From a virus (taxonomy: Duplodnaviria > Caudoviricetes), in the IMG/VR virus record IMGVR_UViG_3300030207_005124, positions 1 through 45,064 of that record: 45,064 nucleotides of DNA. The stretch is one strand, 5' to 3'. The notes below the pieces were generated by a model. It had not been told where the DNA came from and did not search any database. It saw only the letters and a program-made list of their open reading frames with translations. How positions within the stretch are numbered: the first letter of the stretch is position 1; each line of letters starts with the position of its first letter. A program made the position numbers and the translations under genes. Shown here one piece after another: positions 38,101 to 45,064 of this stretch.

Positions 38101-38587
38101 CGTCTTTGGCGAGGCGGGTCTCAACTGGTCGAGCGAGATTTCGGTCACGCCGCAGAAATTGACCTCAGCGAATTTCTCGGCAGCGGTGGTCGAGGCACTT
38201 GCGAATGCCGAGGCGCTGGAGGGGGAGTGGGTGGTCCGCCTCGACGCCAATGGCCGCATCGCGGGTGTTGCGATCGTGCAGGAAGGCGAGACGGGTGAGA
38301 CGGTCACGGCGGGCTGGCTGGTCGACAGGTTCCAGATCGCCCATCCTTCGGTTAATGACGGCGATCCCTTCCCGGCCTTCGTGGTTGAGGAAGGCGTGGT
38401 GAAGGTGAACGATCTGGTCGCCAATACCGTCACCGCCGAAAATATTTACGCGGCGCTGATCGAAGCCGGTACGCTGTTCGCGCTCAGCCTTGCGAGCCCA
38501 CTGGGAGAGGGGGAAACGCTCGACGACGCGAAACTCGTCATCGACACGCAGGCGCCGTACATTTTGATGCGGAAGCCGGGGCCATGA
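35111..38587 (+). CDS. Central tail tip / host-specificity protein (gpI plus gpJ-like)
   Basis: 1158 aa; SPTYNL..NRARL..YGRH..PDL, GRYEVRVQR, FDGVFD, FN3-like region, DANGRIAG. Confidence 0.88.
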   Translation: MKYRFDSTARAASQAVRPRRARRAPARAMRIRTPFALESVEALEVRRADTIRTLAARQRFRGPVIAVVNGEPVLRKNRGWSRRIRRGDTIAFAEQPAGGEGSKNIFRTVLNIAIVVAATSFLGPAGLGLTGVALAGGVLAVQVASGYLLNALMPPEASGGMGFRGGETASPTYNLGTSQNRARLNQVRPRQYGRHLIVPDLDTAPYAEYAGNDQYLYQVLNCGLGAYATHAVRLAETDLWTETDGDTGNFDDVTLEFLAPGQPVTLFPTGVIAAAEVNGIALPGTNEDGAGWSGPFVCNPAGTEAKFLAFDFEWQQGAGRYTDSGGLVSVTTRLRLEVREIDDAGDPAGDWELLKETDYVFSTLTPQRLSERFPVASGRYEVRVQRVNDAAAVTDDKARDAVSWTGLRAYLTGETGSLDCTRIAVRMRASGQLSGLSSRLFRVLQTAKLPVYQGRDEAGEPQWSGPQETRSIFAAAADIARNGEYGGGLPDACIDLDKLASLEATWEARGDTFDGVFDTKTSCWAALQDVLRAGRAEPQMAGDVLTVQRDEPRSVTSAVFSPENIAAGSFGIDYVFADPDTPDAVIVEFWNEDIWGPDEVLANLPGSTAENPARISLFGVTDRARAWRYGMYLAACNRYRRTFPYLASGLEGRLLSRGKKVLISHPLPEWGASVEVVSYTANSRLLRVEDKVRLGEGQNWITLRNRKGKPWGPCRVEAGPSPKQLVLHEDDIASLGSPASFVVMDETRERTVAVVGEAGGDADQADGPLACLVVTSAPAAGERVTLAFNNDDPRVYTADEGEPPAANDNPAPPSIPARPVLQPIVVSQNIGTVYAPRLAYSARPAASATDYLWSLSYDHITWTAIKEGGEGTSGEIDVRPTTVWIACTVIGPGGRDRKEAFRDLTVTEAAPGEVTGLSPHPLAEQVMLDFALPRANGGTEEGLRGVLARYSASSGFDPADGEALDDTVFTVRHEPAVTRLLVPLIASPTYIRVAAYNVFGEAGLNWSSEISVTPQKLTSANFSAAVVEALANAEALEGEWVVRLDANGRIAGVAIVQEGETGETVTAGWLVDRFQIAHPSVNDGDPFPAFVVEEGVVKVNDLVANTVTAENIYAALIEAGTLFALSLASPLGEGETLDDAKLVIDTQAPYILMRKPGP

Positions 38588-39399
38588 GCTGGGACTTTTT
38601 CCTCTCCGCCGGGGCCGCCGACCTGCCCGTTGAAGGCATCCGCAAAGGGACGATCGCGCAATGGCGCGGCGCGACCGCGACGGATTTCGCACCGGCGATC
38701 GATCCGCTCAACAATCTCGGTGATGTGCGCTTCCATTCCGACTTCGACTATCCGCGCTTCGTCCGGAAGGTCAGCAGCAGGGACGCAGGACGGTCTCCAA
38801 TTACTGTTGGGGCAACAGGCTCTGAGACACTAATCGACAGATCGGATGTGCTCTTTGCGCATGAAATGGACCCGCCGCCTCTCGTTATTGGCACGCTGGA
38901 GACAGGCGGGTACAAACAACCGCTGGCGGGCAGCGTCACGCCTCTCCCCGGCGGCGATCATACAAAAACAAACTGGCGTATGTGCTCGCTGGCTGTTGAC
39001 GACACAAATGTGATGTTGCGCATCCGTGGCGGCTATGCGCCTGCAATGCTTCTCCACTGGGAGGTCTGGCTGCTCAATGAAGCGTTCCAGGTTCGCAGCG
39101 GCAGCGACTACATGGTCTATCTCGATCCAGAAGAAATCGACGGCGAACAAATCGGAAAAGTGTCGTCTGAGTATCGGTTTCTCTCGCAGGCGGAAGGCGC
39201 GGGCGAGCTGCGCCTTCTCGGTGGAACGCAGACACTTCTGCTCAGGGAGAACGGCCTCACCGATGGGTCGGACGGGGAGACGGACTTCATTATTCCATCA
39301 ACCTGCTCTGCATGGACCAATGCAACGTCGTGGGGGGGCTGGCCCGCGCCGCCGCCGGAGGGTGACCATCACGTTAACGGAGCGGAGGTCGACCTGTGA
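38584..39399 (+). CDS. Hypothetical tail-associated protein
   Basis: ATGA overlap with J; DPLNNLGDVRFHSDFDY. Confidence 0.7.
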   Translation: MSWDFFLSAGAADLPVEGIRKGTIAQWRGATATDFAPAIDPLNNLGDVRFHSDFDYPRFVRKVSSRDAGRSPITVGATGSETLIDRSDVLFAHEMDPPPLVIGTLETGGYKQPLAGSVTPLPGGDHTKTNWRMCSLAVDDTNVMLRIRGGYAPAMLLHWEVWLLNEAFQVRSGSDYMVYLDPEEIDGEQIGKVSSEYRFLSQAEGAGELRLLGGTQTLLLRENGLTDGSDGETDFIIPSTCSAWTNATSWGGWPAPPPEGDHHVNGAEVDL

Positions 39400-39917
39400 T
39401 CGAGAGCATCATTACGCCCGAGCGCATCCTGCTGCGCGATGCTGACGGAGAGGCGGTCTTCGACACCCATCGTGCAAAAGTCGCTGTCCTCGCGATGTTC
39501 GACGGCACATTTACGAGCGAGGTCCATCCCGCGCCTGCGAGCGGCGTCGATGTCATGCACAGGCAAGATCACGATATCGGCGCCGCGCCGCTCGGGGCGG
39601 AGCGGATTTTGGGCTGGATCACGGTGGGTGACGGCTCACGGCAGGACTTCAGCGGAACCGTCCAGCTGGGCGCTGCGTGGTGGCGCAATACCGCCGAGTT
39701 TTACGGCGGCTATCCCGTCTATCCACGCATCGCGGCGGCGGTGCATACGCTGACGCCGCTGATTCTAGGCGGCCGCATCATTCTGCGAGAAGAATGGTTT
39801 GTTCACGGGTGTCAGGCCGGTAGCAGTCCGCTTCGCGGGTGGCCCTGCGGAATGCAATGGAACGCGGGTAGTTGGAAATACGACCTGCGCGTCGGCGCTT
39901 TTGTGGGCGGGAGCTAA
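39396..39917 (+). CDS. Hypothetical tail-associated protein
   Basis: GTGA overlap, GGAGG RBS. Confidence 0.65.
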   Translation: MIESIITPERILLRDADGEAVFDTHRAKVAVLAMFDGTFTSEVHPAPASGVDVMHRQDHDIGAAPLGAERILGWITVGDGSRQDFSGTVQLGAAWWRNTAEFYGGYPVYPRIAAAVHTLTPLILGGRIILREEWFVHGCQAGSSPLRGWPCGMQWNAGSWKYDLRVGAFVGGS

Positions 39918-40111
39918 AGCGCCCGCTTGCCGTTCGGCCGCGGACCTTTGTGGGGTGCCCGGTGCGGGGGGGGGCGGCGCTCCGAACCTCGCTGCTGCGC
40001 GCAATCTTGCGTGAGACGCACGGTGTGCGCCGCTTCCTGAAAATCCGGGGGCTTTCATTTGCATCGCCGCGGGCTGTGCTCGCGGCGATGCTTGGCAGGC
40101 CTGGAGGTTCC

Positions 40112-40207
40112 ATGAACCGAGAAAAGTGGACGGACCGGACGATTCACGTCGTCGTGGTCGGGGTCATTCTTGTCGGGGTCATTCTGAAATTGCTGGGGGC
40201 GATATGA
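40112..40207 (+). CDS. Small single-TM peptide (31 aa)
   Basis: GGAGG RBS; MNREKWTDRTIHVVVVGVILVGVILKLLGAI; ATGA overlap with holin A. Confidence 0.6.
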   Translation: MNREKWTDRTIHVVVVGVILVGVILKLLGAI

Positions 40208-40572
40208 ATTTCTGGGGCTTTGTGGCGGAGGCCTTGCGCCTGCTGAGCGACACCGTGAATGCGATATTCGCATCGCTCGTCACGGCCGCGATTGCCGGTC
40301 GGCTCGCCTGGCATACGCGGCTTGTTCAGAAGGGCGAGCGCAATTTCTTCGGCAAGGAAATGGTGTTCGAGGGCATCACCGTTCTCTTTCTTTTTTATGT
40401 CGCGCAATCGGCGATTGCAGGCGTTGGCGCCTTCCTCAATCTCCCGGACGAAGTTGCGGCCGCTATCGCGCCGGGCATTGCGGCCGTGATCGCCTATTTC
40501 GGACCGGGCGGCATTCAGGCCGGGCTGGTCGCCGTGTGGAACTGGTGGAGCACAAGGGGCTCAAGGGGTTAG
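40204..40572 (+). CDS. Holin A (LydA-like)
   Basis: GRLAWHTRLVQKGERNFFGKE...IAYFGPGG; multiple TM segments; precedes an endolysin candidate. Confidence 0.75.
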   Translation: MNFWGFVAEALRLLSDTVNAIFASLVTAAIAGRLAWHTRLVQKGERNFFGKEMVFEGITVLFLFYVAQSAIAGVGAFLNLPDEVAAAIAPGIAAVIAYFGPGGIQAGLVAVWNWWSTRGSRG

Positions 40573-40574
40573 GC

Positions 40575-41090
40575 ATGAAGCTCATTCTTGAACGGATCGC
40601 GAGCGACGAGGAGTCGACGCTCGGCAAGCTCTATCTTGAGGACGTCTTCGGCGGCGGCCGTGCCTTCCTCTGTTACGTCTGCGAGGACGAATTCCGGAAG
40701 CAAAAGGTGCCGGGCGAGACGCGCATCCCGGCAACCGGACCCGGCAAGCCCTACCGGCTTGGCTTGAAGCCGATCGGCAGTAGCCGGTTTGACGCGCCTT
40801 ATCAGGCGAAGTTCGGGCGGGCTTTTCACAAGGGTATGATCCAGCTCCTTGATGTGCCGGGTTTCACCGAGATCCTGATCCATATCGGCAATACGCAAGG
40901 CGACACAGCGGGTTGCCTGCTGCTCGGCACGGGCTGGGCGCGCGACGGGGGTGGCCACTACATGGTCACAAACTCGACAGCAGCTTATCGCCGCGTCTAT
41001 CCGATGATCGGGGAGGCGATCCCCTGCGAAATCGTCACGCTCTCAATCATTGACCTCGACGGTCGCGGCCGGAAAGGGCAAGCAGCATGA
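40575..41090 (+). CDS. Putative endolysin, DUF5675-like (L,D-transpeptidase-like His/Cys motif)
   Basis: STLGKL, GETRIPA, VPGFTEILIHIGNT..DTAGCLLLG. Confidence 0.75.
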   Translation: MKLILERIASDEESTLGKLYLEDVFGGGRAFLCYVCEDEFRKQKVPGETRIPATGPGKPYRLGLKPIGSSRFDAPYQAKFGRAFHKGMIQLLDVPGFTEILIHIGNTQGDTAGCLLLGTGWARDGGGHYMVTNSTAAYRRVYPMIGEAIPCEIVTLSIIDLDGRGRKGQAA

Positions 41091-41215
41091 GCAAGTTTGT
41101 CTCCGCGCTCGCGGGTTGGAAAGGGTATGCCGCATTGGCGCTTTTTGTTGCGGGCATCCTGGCTGCGCTGCTCATTCTTTTCTGGCTGGTGAACCTGATC
41201 GGGGGCGGCAAATGA
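41087..41215 (+). CDS. Small TM peptide (42 aa), possible spanin remnant
   Basis: MSKFVSALAGWKGYAALALFVAGILAALLILFWLVNLIGGGK; ATGA overlaps at both ends; not in the ORF track. Confidence 0.6.
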   Translation: MSKFVSALAGWKGYAALALFVAGILAALLILFWLVNLIGGGK

Positions 41216-41541
41216 TGATCAAGCATGACGAGACGGCGGTGGCGGGGCTGACCGGCGTCATCTGGACGCTCTTCAACCATTCGCTGACGGCTGCGGCACT
41301 CGGCCGCCTCGTCTGGCATTTGCGGCAGGTGAACAAGGGCGAGCGGCGCTTCTTCGAGCCCTCGGCGCTCGGCATGGAGTTTTCAGGGGTGCTGTTCGGC
41401 TATATCGCCGGGCTGGGACTCGCCGCGATCATCGGGCTCGATGGGGACGGGGCGCGCGGGCTTGTGCTGATCGTCTCCTATCTCAGCCCGGATGGCTGCC
41501 AGGCGATCCTGAACCGCTACCTTCAGGGGAGAAAAGGATGA
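41212..41541 (+). CDS. Holin B (paralog of holin A)
   Basis: GRLVWHLRQVNKGERRFF...VSYLSPDG. Confidence 0.75.
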   Translation: MMIKHDETAVAGLTGVIWTLFNHSLTAAALGRLVWHLRQVNKGERRFFEPSALGMEFSGVLFGYIAGLGLAAIIGLDGDGARGLVLIVSYLSPDGCQAILNRYLQGRKG

Positions 41542-42002
41542 TGCAGCTGACGCGGCATTTCACGCTGGCCGAGGCCATGGCCTCCAACACTGCGCGTGTG
41601 GAGGGCATCGATAACAGGCCGCCGGTAGCGATTATCCCGCGCCTGCGCTTCGTCGCCGAGACGGTGCTGGAGCGCATCCGCGCGCATTACGCGATCCCGA
41701 TCGTCTTCGATGGCGGGTTGTCCTGGTATCGCTGCCCGGCGCTCAACCGGGCAGTGGGCGGCGCGGCGGATTCGCAGCACATGACGGGCGAAGCTGTAGA
41801 TGTGGAGGTGCGCGGGATCTCCAATGTCGAGCTGGCCTGTTTCGTGCGCGACAATCTCGATTTCGACCAGCTGATCCTCGAAGCCTGGGACGGCGTCACC
41901 CCGTCGAGCGGGTGGGTTCACGTTTCGGCGACGCTCACCGGCCGGCACCGCCGCGAGGTGCTGACCTATGCCAAGGGCCGTTACACGAAGGGGCTGCCGT
42001 GA
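41538..42002 (+). CDS. Endolysin, peptidase M15 family
   Basis: LTRHFTLAE, YRCPALNRAVGG..SQHMTGEAVD, WVHVS. Confidence 0.9.
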   Translation: MMQLTRHFTLAEAMASNTARVEGIDNRPPVAIIPRLRFVAETVLERIRAHYAIPIVFDGGLSWYRCPALNRAVGGAADSQHMTGEAVDVEVRGISNVELACFVRDNLDFDQLILEAWDGVTPSSGWVHVSATLTGRHRREVLTYAKGRYTKGLP

Positions 42003-42373
42003 TGCCGAACCCATGGATCATTCTGGCGCTGGCGGCCGGCCTTTTCGCGGCGGGCTTCGGCAGCGCCTGGAACTGGCGCGGCGCGCTATGCGAGGCGGCG
42101 GCAGCGGAGAAGGCCGGGGATTCGCAAAAACGCAAGGACGATGAAGGGGTGCGGGCGCATGGCGCGGCCGCCGGACTGGAGGTGGAGAATGCGGAAGCCG
42201 AGAAGAGAGAGGCCGCGCTGTCCGGGGCGCTGGCCGAGGTCACGGCTCGCCCTGTCTATCGCGCTGATTGCGCCGATGCTGACGGGCTGCGCCTCATCCG
42301 CGCCGCTTTTACCGGAGAGAGCGCCGCTGCCCCCGAACCTCACCTCCCCATGCCCCGACCTGATGCCCCCTGA
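42002..42373 (+). CDS. Rz-like inner-membrane spanin
   Basis: N-terminal TM, coiled coil, RPVYRADC.DADGLRL. Confidence 0.8.
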   Translation: MPNPWIILALAAGLFAAGFGSAWNWRGALCEAAAAEKAGDSQKRKDDEGVRAHGAAAGLEVENAEAEKREAALSGALAEVTARPVYRADCADADGLRLIRAAFTGESAAAPEPHLPMPRPDAP

Positions 42374-42482
42374 GAGCGTCACAGGGGCGGCCCTGACGCG
42401 CGCGCTGGTGGCGGCGGGCAATGCCTACCGCACCTGCCAGCGCAAGCACAGGGCGCTCGTGGAAGCGGTTGAGGGCGACTAA
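42189..42482 (+). CDS. Rz1-like outer-membrane lipoprotein spanin
   Basis: Overlaps Rz in another frame; lipobox LTGC; Pro-rich PLPPNLTSPCP; Y..C..KH.ALV. Confidence 0.8.
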   Translation: MRKPRRERPRCPGRWPRSRLALSIALIAPMLTGCASSAPLLPERAPLPPNLTSPCPDLMPPESVTGAALTRALVAAGNAYRTCQRKHRALVEAVEGD

Positions 42483-42612
42483 AGACCCCGCCACATAATC
42501 GGCGGGAGCAGGAGGCGCGCGAACGCCCCGAGCCGCGAGCAGCCACTCGCCCGTCCCCGAATGGCCTATCCGAGGCCAGCCCGCCACCCTGATCAGGGCG
42601 GGTGAAATGTGA

Positions 42613-43467
42613 GTGTCCCAGAATATGGAGTCAAATTATCGACGCGTAGCGCCCGGAAAGGGCGCTGCGCCTTATATCGGCGGCAAGCGGATGCTGGCCC
42701 GCCGGATCATCGAACGGATCGAATCGCTCCCTCATGCCGTCTATGCGGAGGTCTTTGTCGGCATGGGCGGGGTCTTTTTCCGTCGCCGCTTCGCGCCCAA
42801 GGCCGAGGTCATCAATGACCGCTCGCGGGACGTGGCCACCTTTTTTCGTGTCCTGCAGCGCCACCATCAGGCCTTCCTGGACGAAATGAAGTGGAAGCTC
42901 GGTTCCCGTGCCGAGTTCCAGCGTCTGATGGACGTCGACCCCGACACGCTCACGGATCTCGAACGCAGCGCCCGCTTCTACTATCTGCAGAAGCTCGCCT
43001 TTGGCGGGAAGGTGGCGGGGAGGAACTTCGGGGTCGACAGCTCAAGCCCTTCGGGGTTCAACATCGTTCGCCTCGCCTCCGAGCTGCAGGACATCCACGA
43101 ACGTCTTTCCGGCGTGACGATCGAGTGTCTGGACTTCGAGGCCTTTCTCGACCGCTACGACCGGCCGGGTGCGCTCTTCTATCTCGATCCACCCTATTGG
43201 GGCTCGGAAGGAGATTACGGCAAGGGCGCATTCTGCCGCGACGATTTCGGGCGGCTGGCAAACCGGCTCCGAAATCTGAAGGGGCACTTCCTGCTGAGCC
43301 TGAACGATACGCCCGGCGTGCGGGAGTGTTTCGAGGGTTTCGACTTCGAGGAGGTGCATCTCACCTACACGATCACGGGCGCTGGCGCCAAGCAGGCCGC
43401 CGAGTTGATTATTGCGGACTGCCCTTGTCCGGCAGGGTCTCAGGTGGGGCAGGGCAATCTGATCTAG
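42613..43467 (+). CDS. DNA adenine methyltransferase (Dam / D12 class)
   Basis: PYIGGKR, YAEVFVGMGGVF, EVIND, FYLDPPYW, LSLND. Confidence 0.93.
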   Translation: MSQNMESNYRRVAPGKGAAPYIGGKRMLARRIIERIESLPHAVYAEVFVGMGGVFFRRRFAPKAEVINDRSRDVATFFRVLQRHHQAFLDEMKWKLGSRAEFQRLMDVDPDTLTDLERSARFYYLQKLAFGGKVAGRNFGVDSSSPSGFNIVRLASELQDIHERLSGVTIECLDFEAFLDRYDRPGALFYLDPPYWGSEGDYGKGAFCRDDFGRLANRLRNLKGHFLLSLNDTPGVRECFEGFDFEEVHLTYTITGAGAKQAAELIIADCPCPAGSQVGQGNLI

Positions 43468-43574
43468 ACGCTGCGAGGCGCTCGCAGAGATAATCTCTAC
43501 ACAGAGCGATATTCGCTTGAACCGGTGCGCACCTGCTCCATCTGTCCAGTGTCATCAGGAAAGGACAGAAAAGC

Positions 43575-43787
43575 ATGATCAAGGAAATCAACCCGGCGAT
43601 CACCGCCAACATCGTTGCCCTTCGGGATACGCTCAAAGCGGCCGCCGCTAAGGCGGACAAAGCGGCGGCCGCTATCGAGGCTGGCAATCGATATGGTGCG
43701 GTCGGCTCCATCGCCGGGCTCGAGCGGGAAATCGACCTGGCACGGGCGCTTCACGGCGCGGCCATAGGGCTCAACCTGCAGGGCTGA
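43575..43787 (+). CDS. Hypothetical protein
   Basis: 70 aa helical protein; AAGGA RBS. Confidence 0.6.
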   Translation: MIKEINPAITANIVALRDTLKAAAAKADKAAAAIEAGNRYGAVGSIAGLEREIDLARALHGAAIGLNLQG

Positions 43788-43793
43788 CCTCAA

Positions 43794-43825
43794 GCCCCTC
43801 GCGGCCCTATAGGGCCGCGAGGGGC
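43794..43825. repeat. Perfect 32-bp palindrome without a loop
   Basis: GCCCCTCGCGGCCCTA/TAGGGCCGCGAGGGGC. Confidence 0.9.
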
Positions 43826-43878
43826 GGCCTCCCTTACCGTCTGCCGTTCCTCCCTGACGCGAGCATGCGTCCGCCTCG

Positions 43879-43905
43879 GCCCCTCCTTCGGGAGGGGCTT
43901 TTTTT
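43879..43905 (+). terminator. Intrinsic terminator
   Basis: GCCCCTCC-TTCG-GGAGGGGC followed by T7. Confidence 0.9.
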
Positions 43906-44365
43906 ATTGGCCGGAGAGCTTCTTTTTTTCCCGTCCGGCTATTGCTCCTGCACTTGCGAGCGTCGATCCGCGCGGGACGAGGCGAATGCGGGCGGGATCG
44001 AATTCACGGCATTGCATGAGCTCGTCGATGATGCGAGCAAGGTATTGCCGCCACGCACCGACGCAGGGAAAGCCGAGCTGGTCTGCCTCGATATCGTCGG
44101 CGGGAAAGCCGATTTCGATATCCGCATCCGCCACGGCGATGATTCCGCTCGCAAACATCTCGTCCGCCGTGTCTCCCGCCTCGGCGTCAATCACGCCCCA
44201 GAGATCGGCAAGCTGGCGGAGGACGCCGGGTGGGGCATTCCGCGCACTCTTCGAACCGAGTGGCTTCCGCCATTTCTCGACGCTGGTTTCCGGCACGTCG
44301 AGATAGGAAGCGGCCTCCCGATTGGAGAGGCCGCAGAGGGATTGAAGGGCGGAAAAGGGGGTCAT
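43904..44365 (-). CDS. HTH-domain protein
   Basis: CGLSNREAASYLDVPETSVEKWR..APPGVLRQL. Confidence 0.78.
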   Translation of the reverse strand: MTPFSALQSLCGLSNREAASYLDVPETSVEKWRKPLGSKSARNAPPGVLRQLADLWGVIDAEAGDTADEMFASGIIAVADADIEIGFPADDIEADQLGFPCVGAWRQYLARIIDELMQCREFDPARIRLVPRGSTLASAGAIAGREKKKLSGQ

Positions 44366-44697
44366 TCGTTTTCCCGATCGGCCAGCATCTGCCGGTATTG
44401 ATCATCCGTGCCGCTGAACATATCGTCGCGGTCCCAGTAGCCGGAAGCGATCACTTTTTCGAAAATCTCGTTTTCGGCGGCCTCGCGATCATCCTCGATC
44501 GAGTAGATGACGGTCGGGGTCCAAGGCTTTCCCGCGTTCGGCTTGCGGTGCCAAAGATCAAATCCGGTTTCCCCATTGTCGCGGATTTCCCACTCGGCGC
44601 CGTCATGGCCGAGAAGTTCAGCCGCGGCTTCCCGAGCGGAGAGGCCGGACAGCACGTCCTCATTGCGGAAATCGGCGATGGTGAAGGTGGTGTTCAT
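44362..44697 (-). CDS. Hypothetical acidic protein
   Basis: MNTTFTIADF...; ATGA overlap with the HTH gene; promoter upstream. Confidence 0.7.
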   Translation of the reverse strand: MNTTFTIADFRNEDVLSGLSAREAAAELLGHDGAEWEIRDNGETGFDLWHRKPNAGKPWTPTVIYSIEDDREAAENEIFEKVIASGYWDRDDMFSGTDDQYRQMLADRENE

Positions 44698-44748
44698 TTC
44701 GGAGCCCTTTCGGCTTTTCGGCCAACCCTGCGTCGGCCTCATAAAAAT

Positions 44749-44777
44749 AATATAGTGCGGATAATCCGCACATTCAA
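44749..44777 (-). promoter_or_regulatory. Sigma70-type promoter with a palindromic operator filling the spacer
   Basis: TTGAAT-GTGCGGATTATCCGCAC-TATATT on the minus strand. Confidence 0.75.
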
Positions 44778-45064
44778 GAGGGCTCGGAAGTTTCTTTTGG
44801 GAACGGCTCGGCGCTGTGGCTGCCATTATGCGAGGGCATGCGGATCGAGGTATTCGTGCGGCCGCAATTCGAGCAGCGGAAGCGCGTCAGCATCCATTCG
44901 CGGGGTGCATCCGGCCCCCAGCGCGCCACGAGCGGCGCGAGCCGCACGGCCCTGTGGCGGCCGCATCCGGGCGTGTCGCAGTAAAGCCGGACCCAGCCCG
45001 GCGCCTCGGCGGCGAGCTGGCCGATGGTGAGAATCGGGGCGAGGTTGGGAAAGACGTGCGGCAT
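44774..45064 (-). CDS. Small Cys-rich (zinc-binding) hypothetical protein
   Basis: YCDTPGCGR...FRCSNCGR. Confidence 0.7.
   Translation of the reverse strand: MPHVFPNLAPILTIGQLAAEAPGWVRLYCDTPGCGRHRAVRLAPLVARWGPDAPREWMLTRFRCSNCGRTNTSIRMPSHNGSHSAEPFPKETSEPS

Larger units (their letters stand above)
244..40031. repeat. Dispersed palindrome family CGCACG(G/C)CGTGCG
   Basis: Perfect copies at 244-258, 3986-4002, 8483-8503, 13995-14007, 16127-16139, 19898-19916, 25076-25100, 35796-35808; one-mismatch copies at 4940-4956, 10457-10472, 35169-35183, 40017-40031. Confidence 0.9.
1..45064. mobile_element. Lambda-like temperate prophage (siphovirus), apparently complete gene set
   Basis: Integrase/xis, cI/cro, replication, cos-terminase, portal, capsid, tail, tape measure and lysis genes in lambdoid order; att sites not visible in the window. 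Confidence 0.97.

Noticed and set aside
32115-39917. Diversity-generating retroelement or invertible tail-fiber cassette
   Set aside because: No reverse transcriptase or invertase gene, and no template/variable repeat pair or flanking inverted repeats seen
43794-43825. Palindrome as a protelomerase (telRL) site of a linear plasmid prophage
   Set aside because: No protelomerase gene; the phage has an ordinary integrase and excisionase
1-45064. attL/attR direct repeats, tRNA or rRNA genes
   Set aside because: None recognised; the window starts at the int stop and ends at the last ORF start, so att sites probably lie outside

Overview
The window is an apparently complete, GC-rich, lambda-like temperate prophage (siphovirus morphology; an alphaproteobacterial host is inferred from the gene families). 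Order: tyrosine integrase and excisionase; a leftward early operon with an HTH-ParB fusion and two tandem small paralogs; an oL / three-membrane-gene cassette / cI / oR / cro immunity region; a rightward early operon (CII-like protein, N6-adenine MTase, cupin-like protein, phage-encoded DNA polymerase III beta clamp, initiator with internal iterons, late regulator); a late promoter/terminator and lambda-like cos; terminase, head and tail genes with a -1 frameshift tail chaperone; a doubled lysis cassette; a Dam-like MTase behind a hairpin-rich leader; and small terminal genes. No att sites are visible because the window is cut at the outer genes. The strongest unexplained signal is a 13-bp palindrome, CGCACG(G/C)CGTGCG, found by eye as 8 perfect and 4 one-mismatch copies across the prophage. 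It differs from the repressor operators (GTGC-N5-GCAC) and co-occurs with a ParB-family protein that has no ParA partner, suggesting a KorB/OB-like prophage-wide ParB-operator system. All family assignments come from motif recognition, not database searches.
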